Below, piece after piece: positions 1 through 9,248 of a stretch of DNA of 24,000 nt (its first letter is position 1; each line of letters opens with the position of its first letter). The position numbers and the translations under genes were made by a program. The notes under the pieces were generated by a model that was given only the letters and a program-made list of their open reading frames with translations, was not told the DNA's origin and did no database searches. Source of the DNA: Escherichia coli (GTDB lineage: Bacteria; Pseudomonadota; Gammaproteobacteria; Enterobacterales; Enterobacteriaceae); NCBI RefSeq assembly GCF_964200005.1, contig NZ_OZ121077.1. The stretch is one strand, 5' to 3'.

Positions 1-1168
1 CGGTCAGACGCGCTGTCTGAATCCGGGTGTTGCGACGTGATGCCACAGAGCCTGTATGGGTGAATACACCATTACTCTGTATCTGCGTATCCTGCCCCGC
101 ATAAACAGAACCACTGTTATGCAGCTCCCGGGTTGTCGCCAGATGCACATCCGTTTTCGCACTGATACTGCCACTGTTTTCAATACGTCCGTCAGCCGTC
201 AGGGTAACCGCCCCTGCCTCCGCACCAATATGACCGGCGTTACGAACCCCCACCCCCGTTTCCGTACCGACAAGGCGAATTTTTCCGGCATACATTCCAC
301 CAAGGCTGGACACATCCAGCGCCACCTGTGGCTGCGAAGAGGCATCAGCGGCTTTTTTCTCAGTCTGCCCGTGCGCGATATCCACATTGTTACGTCCGGT
401 GGTCACTTTCAGGTCCTGCGCCCAGATACCCGCATTAATCTTCACTGACCGGGCAATGATATCGGTATAATCCGTGCGCGAGGCATCCATCCCTTTGCCC
501 GTAATCTGAATCTCACCACGTTCAACACTGAATCCGGTCAGACTGCCGTTTTTCATCTGAGGCTGCCCCGTGGTCAGCGTGGCCCGGTTCGCATTAATAA
601 AACCGCACCCGTCGCAACTGATGCCGGCCGGGTTCGCAATCACCACCTGCGCCTTTTTACCGGCAACCTCAACAAAACCGTTCAACTGGCTGGGATTGCG
701 ACTGTTCACTTCATTAAGAATGATTCTGGCCTCTCCCTTCGCCAGCCACGGGTTCCCGGCCACCATGCCACCCAGCTGAGTCTGCACATTGTTATGGGCA
801 TTATTCAGAATGACACCCTTGTTACCGACGTCGAACTGGCTGTATGTGTTATGTGAAACCCCACCGGCAGAAGGCGTCTGAATATTCACCTGCGGAATGC
901 CGCTGGCCGTCTGCGTAATCGTGGGCTGCTGATGCCCCGGTGCGCCATGGTCTGCGGCAATGCCTGCAGCATTGACAGAATGCACCATCCCCGAAGCCAG
1001 CCACAAAGAGAATGCAAGCGGCGTGACACGGCAGATACGTTGCCTGTGTGGATATCCTGTGCGGGAGGACAGTGATGTACCGGCGCGACCGGAACGGGCA
1101 ATATCTGCCACCACCATCAGCATTCCCCGGGCTTTGTTAAAAATAATGCGGTAACAATTTCTGTTCAT
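1..1168 (-). CDS. cdiA: CdiA-type contact-dependent inhibition / TpsA exoprotein, N-terminal part only (gene continues past the left edge)
   Basis: Hand translation of the minus strand from ATG at 1168-1166 is open to position 1: MNRNCYRIIFNKARGMLMVVADIARSGRAG... (extended signal peptide), then a TPS/haemagglutination domain (...NTYSQFDVGNKGVILNNAHNNVQTQLGGMVAGNPWLAKGEARIILNEVNSRNPSQLNGFVEVAGKKAQVVIANPAGISCDGCGFINANRATLTTG...). It is absent from the ORF track only because it has no stop in the window. It lies directly downstream of cdiB and cdiC-like genes. Confidence 0.93.
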   Translation of the reverse strand, partial: MNRNCYRIIFNKARGMLMVVADIARSGRAGTSLSSRTGYPHRQRICRVTPLAFSLWLASGMVHSVNAAGIAADHGAPGHQQPTITQTASGIPQVNIQTPSAGGVSHNTYSQFDVGNKGVILNNAHNNVQTQLGGMVAGNPWLAKGEARIILNEVNSRNPSQLNGFVEVAGKKAQVVIANPAGISCDGCGFINANRATLTTGQPQMKNGSLTGFSVERGEIQITGKGMDASRTDYTDIIARSVKINAGIWAQDLKVTTGRNNVDIAHGQTEKKAADASSQPQVALDVSSLGGMYAGKIRLVGTETGVGVRNAGHIGAEAGAVTLTADGRIENSGSISAKTDVHLATTRELHNSGSVYAGQDTQIQSNGVFTHTGSVASRRNTRIQTARLT

Positions 1169-1183
1169 TCTGATAAACCTGAC

Positions 1184-1711
1184 TTATCTCTCCGGCACAT
1201 CCACAGCAAGCGGGTGCTGCACACGCCACTGGCGCGCCTCTTCACGACTGACCTGTGCACCCCGGAAATTCATCACCCGTAACCCGGTCTGCTGCCCACG
1301 GTGGTACAGCGAACGCCAGCACAGACGGGGAAAAATATCCTGCCGGACAAGACGACTCATATCCGGAGTGTGTCCAAAAGGGGCAACCCAGTCACAGACC
1401 CACATCCGGTCGCCGCTGTTCCAGTCCGACTGAGGCATGAGAATTGCCGGCTGCGTAAGATAACGCGCCTCTGCCTCCGGGCTGAGCCAGGCCTGGCTCA
1501 TGAAGAAAACCGGTCGCCCCTGCTCTGTTGCCACCACATACTGTCGGTGCTTAATCACCGGCAGCAGCAGGTCCGGCAGGGTATGCAGTGGCGCATCACG
1601 ATGCAGGGGGGAGTGCATCCACAACCAGACGGCCGCCCCCAGGACTTCCGCCTCATTGACCGGCTCACCGGAATACAGGGGACTCAGAACGTCATATTTC
1701 CCGTTACGCAT
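1184..1711 (-). CDS. cdiC: Toxin-activating lysine-acyltransferase, HlyC family, CdiC-type
   Basis: 175 aa. HlyC-like motifs: SPLHRD near the N-terminus (catalytic His region), FMSQAWLSPEAEARYL, and DWNSGDRMWVCDWVAPFGH. Located between cdiB and cdiA, as in cdiBCAI-type loci. Confidence 0.88.
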   Translation of the reverse strand: MRNGKYDVLSPLYSGEPVNEAEVLGAAVWLWMHSPLHRDAPLHTLPDLLLPVIKHRQYVVATEQGRPVFFMSQAWLSPEAEARYLTQPAILMPQSDWNSGDRMWVCDWVAPFGHTPDMSRLVRQDIFPRLCWRSLYHRGQQTGLRVMNFRGAQVSREEARQWRVQHPLAVDVPER

Positions 1712-1720
1712 GAAACTTTC

Positions 1721-3460
1721 TCAGAAATCCCGGAACAGATTAAAACCGGCTGTCACATCACTCGTCATAAAACCCGCCGGCTTTGAAAACGGACGACCGA
1801 TGAAAACGTCATAATCCGTACTGAACAGTTGCCCCCTCAGCCCCACAACACCACCGGCCAGATGACGTCCCACCAGATATTCACTGCCGGCTCCCCCCAC
1901 CTCGCCGTAATCCATTCCCAGATATAACTCCTGCTCCGGCAGTGGCGTACGCCAGGCCAGGTCGTTGCGGATATACCAGCCGTTACTGGCATTCAGCGTT
2001 CGCTCCCCGTCAAAACCACGAACCGTCCAGCGGTTACCGATGGCAAACTGTTCCTGTGGGGTCAGCGGGGTATTGCTCAGCTGGCGCTGATACCGGAAGG
2101 AATAACTGAAGGGCTGCTCTGCCAGTGTAAAGGGCAGATTAAAGGATGCATTCATCTGCAGGATCTTACTGAGCGCCGTTGCCTCACCGAAGATTTCCTC
2201 CGGTGCCGGCTGTGCACCAAACCAGCGGGTTCCCCGTTGCCAGCTGACACCAGCATCCAGTGTGGACTGAGAAATATAATGACGGTGCTGCAGCCCAAGT
2301 CGCCAGGCCGCTGTCTGCCGGCGCTGCACCTGGATTTCCGTATCATTAATGTAGTTACGCGACCTGCGGGCCTGAACATCGTAAGTCAGCACCGTTTTCT
2401 GCGTCCCGTTACGGTGCAGTACCCGGCTCAGCTGCATGCCCAGATTCTGACTCTCGCCACTGTACTGGTAATCCTCAACCGCACCAGCTACCGTCTGATG
2501 GTAATCGTAATCACTGGCGGTGACGGAAAACTGCCAGTAACCGAAAGGCACAGAGTAATGGGCCGTGTAGTTTTTACTGCCCTTACCCCCGTAATGTGGA
2601 AAATTATGGGTGGCAGAAACATACAGCAGGTCACTCAGGGAAAAAGGATTATCCAGAGAAAATGTTATACCACCGAGATAACGCCCTGTGCTGCGGGTAC
2701 CTGAATCATCAAGCGAAAACCCCAGTCGCCAGTATTTATCCTGTTTACGGGTAATAAGAATATCACTTTCCCCTGGCTGCTCACCGGGCACAATTTCCAT
2801 ATCAGCCTGCACACCCGGCAGTCGTTGCATATTCTCCAGCCCCTGCTCAATGTCCCGTAAATCCAGCAGAGAACCTTCGTGTGCCGGGAATGAGGAATAC
2901 AACTGAATATAGTCATCACTGTCCGGTGTCAGACGCACATGTCGCACAACACCGGGAATAATAACCAGCCGGAGGATACCGCTTTTTAAATCCTGCGAAG
3001 GTGCCAGAACACGGGTGGTGACATAACCATGATCGACCAGACGGTTCTGCAATGTACTCATCAGCAGATTAATTCCTTTCGCCCCCAGGCAATGCCCGAC
3101 CGCCCCGTTGGCGATTTTTTGTAAAGGCAGCCAGTGTGGTAACGCATCAGCCCCCTTCAGTTCCGTCTGTTTAATCTGAAAACAGGGCGTTTCAACAGGA
3201 AAATTAATCTTATGGGCAAAAGAGCCAGGTGCAGAAAGGCGAACATCAGGGGCTGAAGGCGTCAGTTGTTGCTCAAGGGCTTCCTGACGCTGCTGCTGAA
3301 TGATAAATGTATCCTCTCCACTACGCCGGATATCCGCGGCCTGAAGAGATAAAGGCGATAATAAAACAGACATCAGTGTCAGTGACAGCAAGGACGGACA
3401 GCGCCGGAATAAGCTTTGTTCCTCAGCCCTCTCGTTCCTGCAACATAATTTTCCAGTCAA
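1721..3460 (-). CDS. cdiB: CdiB: ShlB/FhaC/HecB-family outer-membrane transporter of a two-partner secretion system
   Basis: 579 aa with signal peptide ([18 protein letters not shown]), POTRA region, [24 protein letters not shown] motif and terminal Phe (FNLFRDF), typical of TpsB/Omp85 proteins. Confidence 0.93.
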   Translation of the reverse strand: MTGKLCCRNERAEEQSLFRRCPSLLSLTLMSVLLSPLSLQAADIRRSGEDTFIIQQQRQEALEQQLTPSAPDVRLSAPGSFAHKINFPVETPCFQIKQTELKGADALPHWLPLQKIANGAVGHCLGAKGINLLMSTLQNRLVDHGYVTTRVLAPSQDLKSGILRLVIIPGVVRHVRLTPDSDDYIQLYSSFPAHEGSLLDLRDIEQGLENMQRLPGVQADMEIVPGEQPGESDILITRKQDKYWRLGFSLDDSGTRSTGRYLGGITFSLDNPFSLSDLLYVSATHNFPHYGGKGSKNYTAHYSVPFGYWQFSVTASDYDYHQTVAGAVEDYQYSGESQNLGMQLSRVLHRNGTQKTVLTYDVQARRSRNYINDTEIQVQRRQTAAWRLGLQHRHYISQSTLDAGVSWQRGTRWFGAQPAPEEIFGEATALSKILQMNASFNLPFTLAEQPFSYSFRYQRQLSNTPLTPQEQFAIGNRWTVRGFDGERTLNASNGWYIRNDLAWRTPLPEQELYLGMDYGEVGGAGSEYLVGRHLAGGVVGLRGQLFSTDYDVFIGRPFSKPAGFMTSDVTAGFNLFRDF

Positions 3461-3625
3461 ACGTAAAACCTTTTATTCATGTCATACCAACAATCACCAG
3501 CCTCCTGACGATACCTCCCACCATGTTTTGCGATGGCACGCTACCGCCCTTCCGGTATTTACCCGCATCAACCGGTACCAGAATGCTGAGCAATAAATCT
3601 GCCAATTTTTAGCTGACTTATTTTT

Positions 3626-3646
3626 GATCATTATAGAATAATGATC
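3626..3646. promoter_or_regulatory. Perfect 9-bp inverted repeat with a Dam site in each arm, upstream of cdiB
   Basis: GATCATTAT-AGA-ATAATGATC, 166-186 bp upstream of the cdiB start, in an AT-rich non-coding region. The call as a regulator site is inference. Confidence 0.45.
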
Positions 3647-4052
3647 TGAACTACAGCAATATGACAGATTTATCGATCGATATAACACAAATGAACAGTT
3701 CTTTATTCTGTCATATATCGCAAAAACAGCATATTGCAAAATTTATAACCATAATTAATGGAAAAGTGCAGAAAATTATTCCACTGAATGCTTTTAATAC
3801 AGTTGGTTAGCTAAAAAAATATCATTTTTTGATTTCGGTCATTGAAAATTGCAATGCGTGACGATTCAACAGCATTTAAGTGAGTTTCAGGATATGGGAA
3901 GGACATGAAAGGAGGAGCGCAATAAAATATACAGGAAGAAGGGGAAAATGTTTCGTAAAAACAGAAAATTAACATCGCACATCAGGAAACTCAGTCTCCT
4001 GATTCAGTGCTACCACATGAAAATTTAGTTAACTGTTACCGTACTAAAATTT

Positions 4053-4244
4053 ATGTCAGAAGATGTTCCATTACCGAAAGTCAATCAGCGATACAAAGAC
4101 GATCATGGTGCGCTTGTCACCGTGAGCAGTGTTGAGGAAACCCGGGTGGTGTTTATGCGGGACGGCTATCCGCATCCCTGCATGCGACCGATGTACAACT
4201 TTCTGGGAAAATTCAAACCCGAACCCCGGGAAGAAACAGAATAA
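4053..4244 (+). CDS. Small phage-type protein, DUF4222-like
   Basis: 63 aa: VNQRYKDDHGALVTVSSVEETRVVFMRDGYPHPCMRPMYNFLGKF, which resembles small DUF4222 phage proteins. Confidence 0.5.
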   Translation: MSEDVPLPKVNQRYKDDHGALVTVSSVEETRVVFMRDGYPHPCMRPMYNFLGKFKPEPREETE

Positions 4245-4296
4245 AACGAAATCCCTGCCGGCAATCACACTGCCTGATGGCAGCATAATCCATTTA

Positions 4297-4454
4297 TTAA
4301 TTCTCATCCCCGGAGACAAGCCCAGAAAACCACTCCGGGTGTTCACTGTATGCCGTGTTCAGCGCATCCCAGGAAACGTTTATATAAAAGCTGTCCTGCA
4401 ATTTGCGGGTAACAACTTCTGCCAGGCGATTCCGATCCGCCAGTCCGGCATAAC
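4297..4454 (-). pseudogene. C-terminal fragment of an unidentified gene truncated by the IS600-like element
   Basis: Reading frame ...YAGLADRNRLAEVVTRKLQDSFYINVSWDALNTAYSEHPEWFSGLVSGDEN* is open up to the IS end at 4455. The ORF-track N-terminus (MPFYFRKECPLNSGYLS) is encoded by IS sequence. Confidence 0.45.
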
Positions 4455-4518
4455 TGAGGTAGCCTGAGTTTAACGGACACTCCTTCCTGAAATAGAATGG
4501 CATCAGAAGGAGCTAATA

Positions 4519-4821
4519 ATGAGCAGAAAAACCCAACATTACTCTAAAGAGTTCAAAGCCGAAGCTGTCAGAACGGTTCTTGAAAATCAACTTTCGATCA
4601 GTGAAGGCGCTTCCCGATTATCTCTTCCTGAAGGCACTTTAGGACAATGGGTTACCGCCGCCAGAAAAGGGCTCGGTACTCCTGGTTCCCGCACGGTGGC
4701 TGAACTGGAATCTGAAATTCTGCAACTGCGTAAGGCGTTAAATGAAGCTCGCCTTGAGCGAGATATATTAAAAAAAGCAACAGCGTATTTTGCACAGGAG
4801 TCGCTGAAAAATACGCGTTAA
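4519..4821 (+). CDS. IS600-like transposase OrfA
   Basis: 100 aa, helix-turn-helix plus leucine-zipper type: MSRKTQHYSKEFKAEAVRTVLENQLSISEGASRLSLPEGTLGQWVTAARKG...ERDILKKATAYFAQESLKNTR. Confidence 0.92.
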   Translation: MSRKTQHYSKEFKAEAVRTVLENQLSISEGASRLSLPEGTLGQWVTAARKGLGTPGSRTVAELESEILQLRKALNEARLERDILKKATAYFAQESLKNTR

Positions 4822-4856
4822 TCGAACAATGACGACAACAATTTCCCATTGAAGCG

Positions 4857-5675
4857 ATGTGTCAGGTATTTGGTGTATCCAGGAGCGGTTATTACAACTG
4901 GGTACAGCATGAACCCTCAGACAGAAAACAAAGTGATGAGCGGCTAAAACTGGAGATTAAGGTGGCACATATCCGCACTCGCGAAACATATGGAACCCGG
5001 CGGCTCCAGACGGAGCTGGCAGAGAATGGCATCATCGTTGGTCGTGACCGACTGGCACGTCTTCGTAAGGAGCTAAGGCTACGCTGTAAGCAGAAACGCA
5101 AGTTCAGAGCGACTACGAACTCGAACCACAATCTGCCAGTTGCGCCAAATCTGCTGAACCAGACGTTCGCTCCTACAGCACCAAATCAGGTCTGGGTGGC
5201 GGACCTGACGTATGTTGCCACACAGGAGGGATGGTTGTACCTCGCTGGCATCAAAGATGTTTATACGTGCGAAATTGTCGGCTACGCCATGGGAGAGCGC
5301 ATGACAAAAGAGCTGACAGGTAAAGCCCTGTTTATGGCGCTCAGGAGCCAGCGCCCACCTGCCGGGCTAATCCACCACTCTGATCGAGGTTCACAGTACT
5401 GCGCATACGATTACCGGGTCATACAGGAGCAGTTTGGTCTGAAAACATCAATGTCGCGTAAAGGTAACTGTTACGACAACGCTCCGATGGAAAGCTTCTG
5501 GGGAACGCTGAAAAATGAGAGCCTGAGCCACTATCGTTTTAATAACCGGGATGAAGCCATCTCAGTAATACGGGAATACATTGAGATTTTCTACAATCGT
5601 CAGCGTCGTCACTCTCGTCTGGGGAATATCTCCCCGGCAGCCTTCAGGGAAAAATATCATCAGATGGCTGCTTAA
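4857..5675 (+). CDS. IS600-like transposase OrfB, DDE integrase core
   Basis: 272 aa with VWVADLTYV, HHSDRGSQY, and GNCYDNAPMESFWGTLKNE. Normally expressed as an OrfAB frameshift fusion. Confidence 0.93.
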   Translation: MCQVFGVSRSGYYNWVQHEPSDRKQSDERLKLEIKVAHIRTRETYGTRRLQTELAENGIIVGRDRLARLRKELRLRCKQKRKFRATTNSNHNLPVAPNLLNQTFAPTAPNQVWVADLTYVATQEGWLYLAGIKDVYTCEIVGYAMGERMTKELTGKALFMALRSQRPPAGLIHHSDRGSQYCAYDYRVIQEQFGLKTSMSRKGNCYDNAPMESFWGTLKNESLSHYRFNNRDEAISVIREYIEIFYNRQRRHSRLGNISPAAFREKYHQMAA

Positions 5676-5718
5676 AAAAAGAACAAATGGTAGTGTCCGC
5701 TATTGCCAGTACACCTCA

Positions 5719-6144
5719 ACCGCGCCAATATGATGGCACTCATCCACAATGATTTGCCCATAATTCCTGACCAGAGGTTCAACTTCTCCGTGTCTGGATA
5801 TGGACTGCACCACCGCAATATCAATATTGTCACAGGGTTTATGTTTACCTCCCCCGATAATACCAATACTGTCACCGGCCTGCAGAAACACCGCGAGACG
5901 CTCCTGCCACTGCTTCAGCAATTCAGTCCGGTGTACCAGTATCAGTGTATTCACTTTCCGCCTGGCAATCACTGCCGCTGCGGTAACTGTCTTACCAAAA
6001 GCCGTTGGCGCACAAAGCACACCAGTATCATAGCGGAGTAATGCCGAAACGGCCTCTTCCTGCTCCGCTCTGAGGTTTCCCGTGAAAACCACATTACATT
6101 CCGTACCAACAAATCGTTTATCGATTATTTCTTCAGCAATATTG
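5719..6144 (-). pseudogene. Internal relic of an SF2 (DEAD/DEAH-like) helicase
   Basis: Frame encodes GNLRAEQEEAVSALLRYDTGVLCAPTAFGKTVTAAAVIARRKVNTLILVHRTELLKQWQERLAVFL...IIVDECHHIGAV (Walker A-like APTAFGKT, Walker B DECHH). It is cut at both ends by IS sequence; the track's MTLT and VEVYWQ termini are IS-derived. Confidence 0.85.
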
Positions 6145-6238
6145 GTAAGCGTCAACGGGGCACCGTATTGACGCTTATTTATTGGTGAGTACTACGTTCC
6201 ATGGCAAGAGTTCGTCAACACGGTTGGAGAGCCATTCT
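6145..6238 (-). mobile_element. Terminal remnant (right end) of an IS66-family element
   Basis: GTAAGCGTCAACGGGGCACCGTATTGACGCTTATTTATTGGTGAGTACTACGTTCCATGGCAAGAGTTCGTCAAC... matches the reverse complement of the right end of the complete IS at 8361-10892 with only a handful of mismatches over about 94 bp. Confidence 0.85.
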
Positions 6239-6332
6239 GTCAACGACGGATGAAAAGTGGCTCTTCCGCAACCTGGGTGGAAGAAAATGGATGAAACTTT
6301 CTGGTGAACAAGGATCTAAGCTGTTTTAAGTT

Positions 6333-7111
6333 ATGGGCAACGCAATGCACTCTCTTAAGACACTTCTACAGTTACCTTGCGGATGGCGATGCAGTCGACA
6401 AATTATTAGCTCTGACGGTATAGCCCTCCATCTCCGCGGAAAACGCAAAACAGCACAATGCCCTAAATGCCTTAAATGCAGCGACTCTGTTCATAGTTGT
6501 CGTCAGCGCCGGATACAGCATTTACCCTGCTCAGGGCAGACACTATGGCTTGTATTTTCCGTCCGCTACTGGTACTGCCGAACCCAGCTTGTTCACGAAA
6601 AATTTTTGCCGAATCGCTTGCTCCCTTCGCTGATTCACATCATCAGTCTTTACAGGCGTTACAAAATTTACAGCTTCAACTGGGATTAATAGCCGGAGGT
6701 GAGGCTGGAAAACGGGCAGCAACGGCAGTGGGTCTCCGTTTCAGTGCAGATACTCTTCTTCGCAGGGTTATCAATACCCCGGAGACAAAACCGTCAGGCT
6801 CGATCCATGTCGGTATTGATGAGTGGGCGTGGCATCGGGGCTACCGTTACGGTACGTTAATAGTCAATCTTGATACTCACCGTCCCCTCGTCCTGCTTCC
6901 CGACCGCGATCAGCGTACGCTGGCGACCTGGTTCAGAAAATATCCGGAAATACAGGTTGTCTCGCGTGATCGCAATGGAGTCTATGCGACAGCAGCACGT
7001 GAAGGTGCACCTCAGGCCAGACAGGTGGTCGATCGATGGCACCTGCTAAAAAATATTGGCGATGCGCTTGAACGAATGAGCTACTCTCGGGTACCACAAT
7101 TTCACCGATAA
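6333..7111 (+). pseudogene. ISL3-family transposase, frameshifted and C-terminally truncated
   Basis: Zinc-ribbon CPKCLKC...IQHLPCSGQTLWLVF in one frame continues as PACSRKIFAESLAPFAD...GIDEWAWHRGYRYGTLIVNLDTHRPLVLLPDRDQRTLATWFRKYPEIQVVSRDRNGVYATAAREGAPQARQVVDRWHLLKNI in the next. A 1-nt loss is inferred near 6581-6585. Confidence 0.82.
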
Positions 7112-7483
7112 TACTGCAACCTCGAAAGGAAGTAATCTGGCGCGGGGACAAACTTATCAAGGTTCACAGTTTTAGCAGTTTTCTAAGCGTCCAGCATACT
7201 CTTAGCTTTCCCCAGCCATAAGCATTCATCATTTCGGCGGGAGACCCTTATCGTTGTAACCTCTTTATCCCGGGCCGTCACTTTCGAAGAGGGAACAAGA
7301 TGTATGTACTTTCCCCTCATACACTATGGCATTATTTATTGTGATACGTTACTGAGCCATCCGCAAAAGCACTTACCTAAACGCAAACTAACCGCAGGTC
7401 AGTCTTTTGCTGACCTTGCGTGGAAACAGTACCACGTCACAGACACTGCGCAGCATCGGCTGCATTTACGGAGATTTGTGAAT

Positions 7484-8360
7484 ATGAATCAACCACACGC
7501 AGACAACCTTCAGGGCCAACATCCAGATCGCGCAATCTGTTCCGCCGATGAAGACCAGTATGGTTTCATCCACATAGCTACCCAGTTAGCTGTTGCCGTT
7601 AAGGGTATTGGCCGCGAGGGTAGCGCAGTGATCGGTATCGAAGGCCCATGGGGATCAGGGAAAACGAGTCTCCTTAACCTGCTGCGCAATGCTCTCGTCG
7701 AACAAATAGAAGAACGCACTTTTGTATTGACAATATCCCCCTGGCTCGACGGGAGCAACACAAGTCTGGTGGCATCGTTACTGCTTCCTGTCGCCAACAT
7801 CATTGCTGCTGAAGAGGAACAGCGACTAGCGCCTGAGGAAAGGACAGCTCTCAGACGACGAAAATCCCTGACACGGACGGCCAAGACGATGATAGACTAC
7901 ACCCGGGCAACTGCCCGCAATCTCGCACCCGTCGCCTCAGCCGCCGCCGTTATTCCCGGCGTACCTGATGCCAGTGGCGCGTTGAAAGCCCTGTCAGAAA
8001 CTCGTTGGCTGAAGGAAAAGGAGAAAACCACAGCAGAGATGCGGACCGAAATTGCGAAGAAAATAGATGAACTGGATCTTAGCTTTATTGTACTGCTCGA
8101 TGATCTGGATCGTCTCGAGCCAGCACAGGCAGTTGAGGTGATAAGGCTAGTTAAATCTGTAGGTGACTTTCCTCGCTTTCGCTACCTTCTCTGTTATGAC
8201 AAAGCCATCCTATCCCAGGCCATCAGCCTAGGGCTGGGGGTACCCGACGGCAACCTATACCTGCAGAAAATTGTTCAGATATCATTCTGTTTACCGCGCC
8301 CAGAAACCTTTGTCTTGCGCAGAAAATTTAGGGATGCCGCTGCCGCGTTATACAGAAAAG
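7484..8360 (+). pseudogene. KAP-family P-loop NTPase, 5' part (disrupted by IS66-family insertion)
   Basis: Walker A GIEGPWGSGKTSLLN and Walker B LSFIVLLDDLDRLEP, with KAP-type context (FLARFRYLLCYDK-like segment FPRFRYLLCYDKAIL). Start ATG 7484 has an upstream GGAG. The frame enters IS sequence at 8361. Confidence 0.85.
8353..8360 (+). repeat. Target-site duplication, left copy
   Basis: CAGAAAAG immediately before IS left end GTAAGCGT; identical to 10893-10900. Confidence 0.96.
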
Positions 8361-8445
8361 GTAAGCGTAAACTGACCGCCGTATGTAGCCATCAGACGAG
8401 AATTGGTAACTTAGACGCCCATCTGATATAGACGGACATCTAAGT

Positions 8446-8871
8446 ATGGAATTACAGGACTGGCGAAAAGAACCTCGTAAAAACTATTCGAATGAATTCA
8501 AACTTCGTATGGTGGAACTGGCATCACAACCTGGAGCTTGTGTTGCACAGATTGCACGTGAAAATGGCGTCAATGATAATGTTATTTTCAAATGGCTCAG
8601 GCTCTGGCAGAACGAAGGGCGTGTTTCGCGGCGTCTTCCGGTAACGACCTCTTCTGACACTGGCGTTGAATTATTACCTGTAGAAATAACGCCGGATGAG
8701 CAGAAAGAACCTGTGGCGGCCATTGCGCCGTCTTTATCCACTTCCACTCAGACCAGAGTCAGTGCCAGTTCCTGCAAGGTGGAATTCCGTCACGGTAACA
8801 TGACGCTGGAAAATCCATCGCCAGAGCTGCTCACAGTGTTGATCCGTGAACTGACCGGGAGGGGAAGATGA
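8446..8871 (+). CDS. tnpA: IS66-family accessory protein TnpA
   Basis: 141 aa with helix-turn-helix FKLRMVELASQPGACVAQIARENGVNDNVIFKWLRLWQNEG. Confidence 0.9.
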   Translation: MELQDWRKEPRKNYSNEFKLRMVELASQPGACVAQIARENGVNDNVIFKWLRLWQNEGRVSRRLPVTTSSDTGVELLPVEITPDEQKEPVAAIAPSLSTSTQTRVSASSCKVEFRHGNMTLENPSPELLTVLIRELTGRGR

Positions 8872-9218
8872 TCTCACTCCCATCAGGTACCCGTATCTGG
8901 CTCGTTGCCGGCGTTACCGATATGCGTAAATCCTTCAACGGACTGGGAGAACAGGTACAACATGTGCTGAATGATAATCCCTTCTCCGGTCACCTGTTTA
9001 TCTTCCGTGGCCGACGGGGTGACACCGTCAAAATTCTTTGGGCTGATGCTGATGGTCTGTGCCTGTTCACCAAACGCCTGGAGGAAGGCCAGTTTATCTG
9101 GCCTGCGGTACGTGACGGCAAGGTATCCATTACCCGCTCGCAACTGGCAATGCTCCTCGATAAGCTGGACTGGCGTCAGCCAAAAACATCCAGCCGTAAC
9201 TCACTGACAATGTTGTAA
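8868..9218 (+). CDS. tnpB: IS66-family accessory protein TnpB
   Basis: 116 aa: MISLPSGTRIWLVAGVTDMRKSFNGLGEQVQHVLNDNPFSGHLFIFRGRRGDTVKILWADADGLCLFTKRLEEGQFIWP. Overlaps tnpA by 4 bp. Confidence 0.95.
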   Translation: MISLPSGTRIWLVAGVTDMRKSFNGLGEQVQHVLNDNPFSGHLFIFRGRRGDTVKILWADADGLCLFTKRLEEGQFIWPAVRDGKVSITRSQLAMLLDKLDWRQPKTSSRNSLTML

Positions 9219-9248
9219 AAAACTCCTGACCGCATTATAAAAACGGTC

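Larger units (their letters stand above)
4455..5718 (+). mobile_element. IS3-family insertion sequence, IS600-like, complete
   Basis: Left end TGAGGTAGCCTGAGTTTAACGGACACTCC and reverse complement of right end TGAGGTGTACTGGCAATAGCGGACACTACC form imperfect terminal repeats. Length is 1264 bp with two IS3-type ORFs. Confidence 0.92.

Noticed and set aside
56-1154. Several track ORFs (56..448 +, 570..779 +, 960..1154 +, 199..387 -, 886..1101 -)
   Set aside because: They are alternate frames within or antisense to the continuous cdiA reading frame that runs off the left edge.
1255-2704. Plus-strand ORFs opposite cdiC/cdiB (1301..1786, 1500..1814, 2237..2704 etc.)
   Set aside because: Antisense shadow ORFs of well-supported cdiC and cdiB, low-complexity or unrecognisable products.
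3494-3739. 81-aa minus ORF upstream of cdiB
   Set aside because: TTG start, no ribosome site seen, unnatural composition, and it overlaps the AT-rich regulatory stretch.
5703-6041. Plus-strand ORFs 5703..6041 and 5800..6033
   Set aside because: Antisense to the helicase relic, which has clear motifs.
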